A stretch of DNA of 62,456 nt, filler included. It is 11 parts of 11 records of this genome, joined end to end, with 100 filler letters (N's around TTAATTAATTAA, not from the genome) between each part and the next. Parts side by side here need not be neighbours in the genome. Positions count along the whole stretch, not along the records: positions 51,756 to 56,423 come from SRR15195285_2047; positions 56,524 to 62,456 come from SRR15195285_2052; 9 more parts are not named here. One strand, written 5' to 3'. A program made the position numbers and the translations under genes. The first letter of the stretch is position 1. Every line of letters begins with the position of its first letter. Below, piece after piece: positions 56,168 to 62,456 of this stretch. The notes below the pieces were generated by a model. It searched no databases, had not been told where the DNA came from, and saw only the letters and a program-made list of their open reading frames with translations.

Positions 56168-56523
56168 TGCCGCCACGGCCCGCAGCTTCGCTAGCTAGAG
56201 CTAGGAATCCTACTCGGTAGTGTAAACGCGTGCCCGCGCAGGGGTTTTCGTAGCGATCGATTGGCACACGTTGAAGGTAGCGGCGTGCTGGCACCAGTGC
56301 TCGATCGCCTGTGGTCCATCGCTTACCATCGCTCCATCCGCGGACGCGCGGAGTGTGCATATATAGCTGCATACTGATTCCCGGCATGACAACATGATTT
56401 CGCGGGAAAAGCGGAAACCAGCANNNNNNNNNNNNNNNNNNNNNNNNNNNNNNNNNNNNNNNNNNNNTTAATTAATTAANNNNNNNNNNNNNNNNNNNNN
56501 NNNNNNNNNNNNNNNNNNNNNNN

Positions 56524-59500
56524 TCCTGTGCCTTAGCTCTGGTAGATTCCTGTTCCTGTCGCGCTTTCTTGTGTCGCGCTTGACGCAGCATCTGTACCTG
56601 CTCGTTGTGCACCACAATCTCCGCCTGCACATGCACGGTGCACTTGTCAGACTGAAGGTATTCTGCAGAGCCCGTGCTTGTCATCAAGCAAATTCATGCG
56701 ACCCAGAGCTGACTTACATGTGTGTAGAGTGCTGAGACTGCAACCGGGAAGCTACTCCAGGCACCTTTGTTCCAACACATCCATTCATCTGCAACTGGTA
56801 TCTCTCCGTCTGTTTCGCAGTAAGCCACAGCAGTAGTGCTGCCCTTCGCAGACAGGTGCCACTCGCGGTCACCGACACAGCGAAACAGCACTTTGCCGTC
56901 TACAGAGCTCCAGCGCGGCCATCCATCCACTGCCCCATCTGGCAAATACACGGTGTTGAAATCGACTTTCGGCACGCCTTCGACAAAGACACCTACCGTT
57001 CCTTCGAATTGATGCGCTGCCATGCGACGCTCCTCGTCTTCGTTGCCAGTTCTCTGTTTCCGCGCCTTCTTCGTCGTCTTCTTCTTCTTCGCGGCTTTCA
57101 GTTTCTCCCGCTGCATCTCTGCGTTCTTAGCGCGCCGCTCAGCAGCTTTAGCAGCTTTGAAAGCGGCATTCATAGCTCTCGCGCGAAGTTGTGCTGTCTG
57201 TCGCCGGCCCAGGTATCCACGGAACAACGACTGAATATTAGTGGCGGCAGTAAATTGCTCAGCATTTGCACGCTCTTCCGCTTCCAACCGGGCGGTCTCC
57301 GCTGCCTCCTGAGCCGCTTGCAGCGCTGCCTCTTCCTGATCTGCACGTTTCTTGCTAGCAACAACTTCTGCTCGTAAAGCTTTAAACCACGCTCTCATGA
57401 GGATAAGTGCGTACGAAGACAAAACTTCCTGTGAGTGTGAGGCAACAGCGGACGCCTCCTCGTGAAACGATGCAAGCTCCTGGTCCAATGAGTTTAACGT
57501 CATCGCCTTTGCAAAAGACTTCACGGCCGCATCGTAATCGCCACGTTCCATCTGGTTGTGCCCTGACCTTTTCAGCACAGCAGCAGTCCAGTATTGCTCA
57601 GCCTGCTCCTGTGCAGCTCGGATTTTTGTGTTCTTTGGATCTAAGTCCCGAGCCTTAGCCAGCGCGTGAGCAGCTTCCTTGAACTTCCCTCCCGTAAGCA
57701 AAGTATGTGCATCATCAAGTAGCATCGGTACACGGCAGCGTCTTTCCACCTTGTCACGGGATTTTCTATAGCGCATATGATCTGGCACGAGCTCTGATAC
57801 TTTTTCCCAAGCCGCAAGAGCTCCTGCGTAATCTGACCTTGCTTCCAACTCGCGACCCCTTTTCGCCCATTGCGATGCTTCATGTTGGCGTTTCCTTCTC
57901 TCCTCGATCTGTGCAACTCGATCAAGCGCTTCCTGGCCAGCGACGACTACAGCTTTGTCCTTCGCATAGCTCAGCTCGAACTCTTCCTGCTCAGCTGTGG
58001 ACCACTGAACCGGCTCGCTATCATCACCTTCGTCTTCTTCTTCGTCCTCGTCCTCTTCATCTTCGGCCTCGTCTTCCTCCTCTTCATCCGTCTCGGGAAG
58101 CCCTGCCATAGCTGTTGTCAAACCGAAGTCGGGACACCGGATGTAGACCGTTTCGTCCCATTCGTACGGAAGATTCACAACATAACCAGGCTTGCCAGCA
58201 AATGCAGCACCATCTCTCGACCAGGAACCGAGGGCATCGCAGACTCGCCACTTTGCACGCAGCTCATCATAAGTTGCTACTTCGACGTCCATCCCAACTA
58301 TGCACGTGTCCCTGGCGAGCTGTACACCGGCTGCTGTGAGCGAAGCGATGGGAACCCAGCCCTCAAGAAGCTCAACTTCCTCCTCAGATGAAGAAGGTAT
58401 TTCTGCAACTGGGTCACTAGCGTACACGGCCCGGTACCTAGGACGCTGCACTGACGGCAGCAGCTCGCCAAACCAGTTGAGTACAGCATCTTCCTCTTGT
58501 CGACACCACTCGGGGAGTGGAGTTATCAGCTTGATTGACTGGTGAGCATGTTCACCCAACGTGGGTACTCCGGGCTGAAGAGACTCTAGCAGGTCACGAG
58601 CAGCTTTCTCCTTGTCTTCCAGACCCGCTATGGTGGCAGAAACTTCTGATATCTCGGTTTCCAGCCTCGTCACTGCCATCGTGAATGCTTCCAATTGTGT
58701 CAGTGTCTCGTCGGCATCCGTGGTGGGCATTAGTAGTCCTTCAGCACCAAGCCGCAAGAGTTTCTCGCCGTACTCTCGCAGAAACCAAGTACTGAATTCC
58801 TCAAAATCAATTTCGTTGTTTCCATTGGTATCCACTGCAGCAAAGACCTCAGCAATATCCATGGATTTAACCTTCTCCTCACCTTCGAGGACCAGAAGTA
58901 CAGCCAGCAACTCGCTGTGGTCCAGCACGCCGTCCTCGTTGCCGTCCATTTGTTTCCACACCATTTGTAGCAGCGACATTTGTGTGCTTTGGAGCTCTTT
59001 TTGAACATCTCCTTTTGGCCTCAATGCTTCCAGTTGTGCCGTAATCTCATTTTTCTTAGCCGACGCCATATCCAAGTCCGCAGTTAGTGCAGACACTCTT
59101 TCGTCCGCCGCTAGCACTTCTATTTCCGTCTGCGCAACTGCGGCTCGCGCAGCGTCCAGGTCGGCTTGCATCTTTGCAATCTCTTCTGGTGACCCCAACT
59201 GCACTGCTTCCAGGTCCTTCTTCAGTTGTTCAGCGCTCGCAACCACCTCCTCATGGGTTCGAAGCGCTGACAATTTGGCGGTAGCGTCAGCGTGTTGCTT
59301 GGTCACACTATCTCGCTCACTTGTTTGTTTTTCAAGCATTACCTCGACGGCAGGCAGCGCCGCCTCCAGCTCACCAAGTCGTTTTCTAACCGTCGCAATC
59401 TCTTCTTTCATCTTGGCAATGGTCTCTGGTGACCCTACTTCAATCTGAGCCATGGCGTCCTCGTAAGCCTTGTGTTGCTCTTCCAACGCCAAGCGCAGCC

Positions 59501-62080
59501 GTTCGACCTCATCCGTGAGTGGCCGACACTGCCGCAAAGCATCCGCGTAAGAAACCTGAGCCGTCGCCCAGGTACATAGCGGTGATGCTGCCTTCGAGGC
59601 CCGTGCAATCTTCTCCGGCTTGAATGCCTCGTTGGATAGGTATGACTTTTTAAGCAAGTCTGTTGCTTTTTTCTTCACTTTGTTTGCATCGAGCTCGAGA
59701 ACGGACTCAATAAAGCCTTTCTGAACAACCTCCTTCCGAATTTCGGACCACTCCATTTTTCCTTTTCCCAACAAGATCATCACGGATTCCATTGTCAGCC
59801 GAACCCCTTCAGGTGGCTTCAGCATAGCCTTCATCTCGTCCAGCTGGGAAGTCTTGATAGACTTCACAGCCTTGGACGCTGCATCAACGATCGGTTGGAG
59901 ACTCTCAAGCTCAGCCTTGACCTCTTCTCGACGGGCCGCGATCTCCTTCTCCGCCTGATCCAGCTCTGCTTTGAGCTTCTCGGCTTTGAGGCGTCCAGCC
60001 TCAGCAATGGCTTCTGCGTTCTCGATTTCATGAGAGAGACGCTCTTCTTCACTGCGACTATGTGTCTCCTGTTCTCGCAGTTCACCCAGGCGACTTTCGG
60101 TAGCAGAAACTGCCGCGGAGGCAGCTGCAGCCATCTCGGCAAGCCTCTGCTGCTCCTCTTGCGCCTTCACAACGAGCCTCTGTTCCTCCTCAACCGCAGC
60201 CAGTGCATCAGACAACTGTTCATGGCGCCTCTTCGAGGCTTCGGCGGATGCCTCAGCGTCCTGCACTGCCGCAGCCAGCCGATCTTCTTCTGCACGGCCT
60301 TGATCCTGCTGTGCGTGCAGTCCCTCCCGCCGCTGAGTTTCTTCCGCCAACGCCGTTTCTGCCTGCGTGAGCGCCTGATCCGCTGCAGCTTCATCGGACT
60401 CACACTGCATCACACGGCCCAGGTCGCCCTCCAAGCGTTTCACTTCCCCAGCAAGGCGCGCAATCTCGTTGCGGGCTTTCGCAGCAGCGTCCTTGTCAGC
60501 ATCTACAGCAGCTTTGTAGTCCGCCAAAGATGCTCGTGCGTCATCAAGTGAGCGCTTCCGCGCCTCGAGCGCTGCCCGTTCCTCTGCCAGGCGCCTCTTC
60601 AGCGTGTACAACTCTAGAACCACATTGATTACGTCTTCTCTTAGCTCTACGTCGTCTGGTACCGACTCCACACTTTCCTCGCCATCCGATTCTCCAGGTG
60701 TTGGTTCATAATGCATTATCAGCTTCATCACTGTATCTGACAAAGAGATCACCTCCGGCTCTGGCTCCGGTGGAACCAAGCGCTGCTTTGCCTCGATTTC
60801 ATGTGCGGCAAGCTCTTGTGCGATGTGACGCTCGACATTTGTAAAGATCGATCCACCGTCTAATGTTTCCGGGTTTTCCCAGATTTCCTTGGTGTGACGG
60901 CCCATCCGGATATGGCGTTTGCGCAGGGCATCTAGTAAGGATGGTGGACGGGGCTTTTTTGCCTCCGGTGGGACAGGCAATGTCTTGTGCAGGTTCGGCC
61001 CAATTATCTCGACTGTGGTGGGGTTGCGCGTGGTGAGCATCTGGACTGTGGTCGGGCCCATCGCGTCTGCTGGGTCCTCCACGCCGTACGATGGCAGGCG
61101 AAACTTTGATCGTGCCGCCACTTCCACGTTGGCTGCATTGAGGAGCTTGTAGTGACCCGCGGCGAATTCGTCCTCTGCATCCGAGATGGCACGCTTCACA
61201 ACCTTTAGTCTGCTGTGTATATCGTCATGCAAATCTTTTGGGTTCTTATTCAGCGTAGGCTCCTTGTAATCCAGCTTGAGGAGCGGCCTGCCCAGACTGT
61301 GAGCTACCTCCATCTGCTGCACAATATCCTCGGCGGCAGACGCTACCATGGCATGCTCTGGGGACATTTCCGGCGGTCCCGCCGGTGGCGATGCCTGTGC
61401 ACGGGCAGCAAAAGCCCCGCCACGCCGCGCATAGGCTTGGGCCTCCTTACTTTCGCCAGAGTAAACTTTTGCCAGGTGCTCGCTGACCAAATCGCGGGTA
61501 AAGTGCTCGCCGTACGCGCATCTCGCCTCGACAACTGATCCGAACAGTGCCTTGCCGTCCATGGCCGCTGCACTTGCGTCAGCATCTGCCTGGTGCTTGA
61601 AGTCAACGATGGCACAGTGCAAACTCTTGGCAATGGTGTCTGCCGTCCCAACTGCGGCCTGTCCAGTCGGCGCAACTGGCACACTGCCGATCTTCGCCAT
61701 GCAGACCGCAACGACCGGGCCGAACGCACCACATGCCTGTCGCAACTGGTCCTCCCCTACAGCGCTATCCAGCCCTCGTAGAACCACCGAAAAGCACCTC
61801 TCCTGGTCCTCGGCGCGCTGTACGAGGGTCTCCACTTCGGCCATGCGCGACTCCTCCGCAATCGCATCGGCCAGCTCCGACTTGAGCACCTTTGCCGCGC
61901 GGCGGTCCTCCTTCTGTGCCGCTGTAGGCGGCGCTTTGTAGCGAGCGCGGACGGCCATCTTCAAGGCTGAATTAACCACCACCCTCGTTGAGCTCCAGCG
62001 CAGCTGATGCTTTCCGCACCATTCCTCATCGTACCTCGCACTATCGTACTCCACTGGTCCTGTCTATCGCGGGCGCCCAT
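56524..62080 (-). CDS. Motorless multidomain protein: RRM + dynein heavy-chain stalk/MTBD + EF-hand pair + TPR + IQ; probably 3-prime partial
   Basis: 1786-aa ORF with RRM at about 61515-61795, MTBD at about 59505-59912, EF loops DGNEDGVLDHSE and DTNGNNEIDFEE, TPR-like helices at about 57450-57870 and IQSLFRGYLGRR. Probable introns at 61967-62034 and 56625-56717 keep the frame and extend it to the contig edge. Confidence 0.85.
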
Positions 62081-62456
62081 GAGCTCCTCCGCGGTACGCG
62101 TAGATCCTGCACGGCTCGGCACAGCACACCACAGCACAGAACGGCCAGGCAAGGATCAGCGGGACGAACAAGCACACAGCCACCACAGCAAATTGCTCCG
62201 CGAGTACCACACACCGATGGACAGCTGAAGCCCCCAGCGATCCATTGCCGCCCGCCCACCCCGCCCGCGGGGACCCACCGGCCAGCACGCACGGCTGCTG
62301 CAACAAGAGCCAGGCCGCAGCAGCCGCCTCAGCGACCAGCCGGCCGCTGCATCGACGGCTGTATCTGTACACCTACCGACTGCACGCTTCCGAAGCTAGA
62401 AGGCCCATCTCCCCCGTCTTCATCAGCAGCAGCCCCGCCCTTCCCCACCAGCATCA

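Noticed and set aside
6008-56523. Regularly recurring TTAATTAATTAA motif as a biological repeat or array
   Set aside because: Always embedded in 44+44 N; it is an assembly concatenation linker.
59505-59912. A fragment of a true dynein heavy chain gene
   Set aside because: The MTBD sits inside one continuous ORF whose flanks are RRM, EF-hand and TPR domains rather than AAA+ modules.
1-62456. rRNA, tRNA or other structured RNA genes
   Set aside because: None recognised by eye; an Infernal/tRNAscan run would be needed to exclude small RNAs.

Overview
This window is not one locus. It is 11 unrelated contigs joined by ten artificial 100-bp spacers (44 N + TTAATTAATTAA + 44 N): 1-6007, 6108-13686, 13787-18049, 18150-24218, 24319-27713, 27814-31285, 31386-36120, 36221-40113, 40214-51655, 51756-56423 and 56524-62456. 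The DNA is eukaryotic and GC-rich, with short (about 70-250 bp) GT-AG introns and frequent EPEP coding repeats. It is probably a heterotrophic protist MAG or SAG; the lineage is inference only. Recognisable genes are a beta-helix protein, a double zinc-knuckle protein, an Sfi1-like protein, a GH78 rhamnosidase, a DUF5054 plus second-glycosidase fusion, an SH3 protein, an EF-hand protein, an arylsulfatase, a CCX/NCLX exchanger, a truncated GH38 mannosidase and an NHE/NHX exchanger. The main finding is on contig 9, where three apparent ORFs splice in frame through canonical introns into one protein of more than 3400 aa. Its order is calmodulin-like EF-hands, a four-domain voltage-gated (Cav/Nav/NALCN-type) channel with an unusual D/D/E/Q filter, an IQ motif, a connector helix, a cAMP-receptor-like 7TM GPCR, a second membrane bundle, ARM-like repeats and an R3H domain. 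The second finding is a motorless protein on contig 11 that combines an RRM with a dynein stalk/microtubule-binding domain, EF-hands, TPRs and an IQ motif. All domain calls come from motif recognition by eye; no database search was run.
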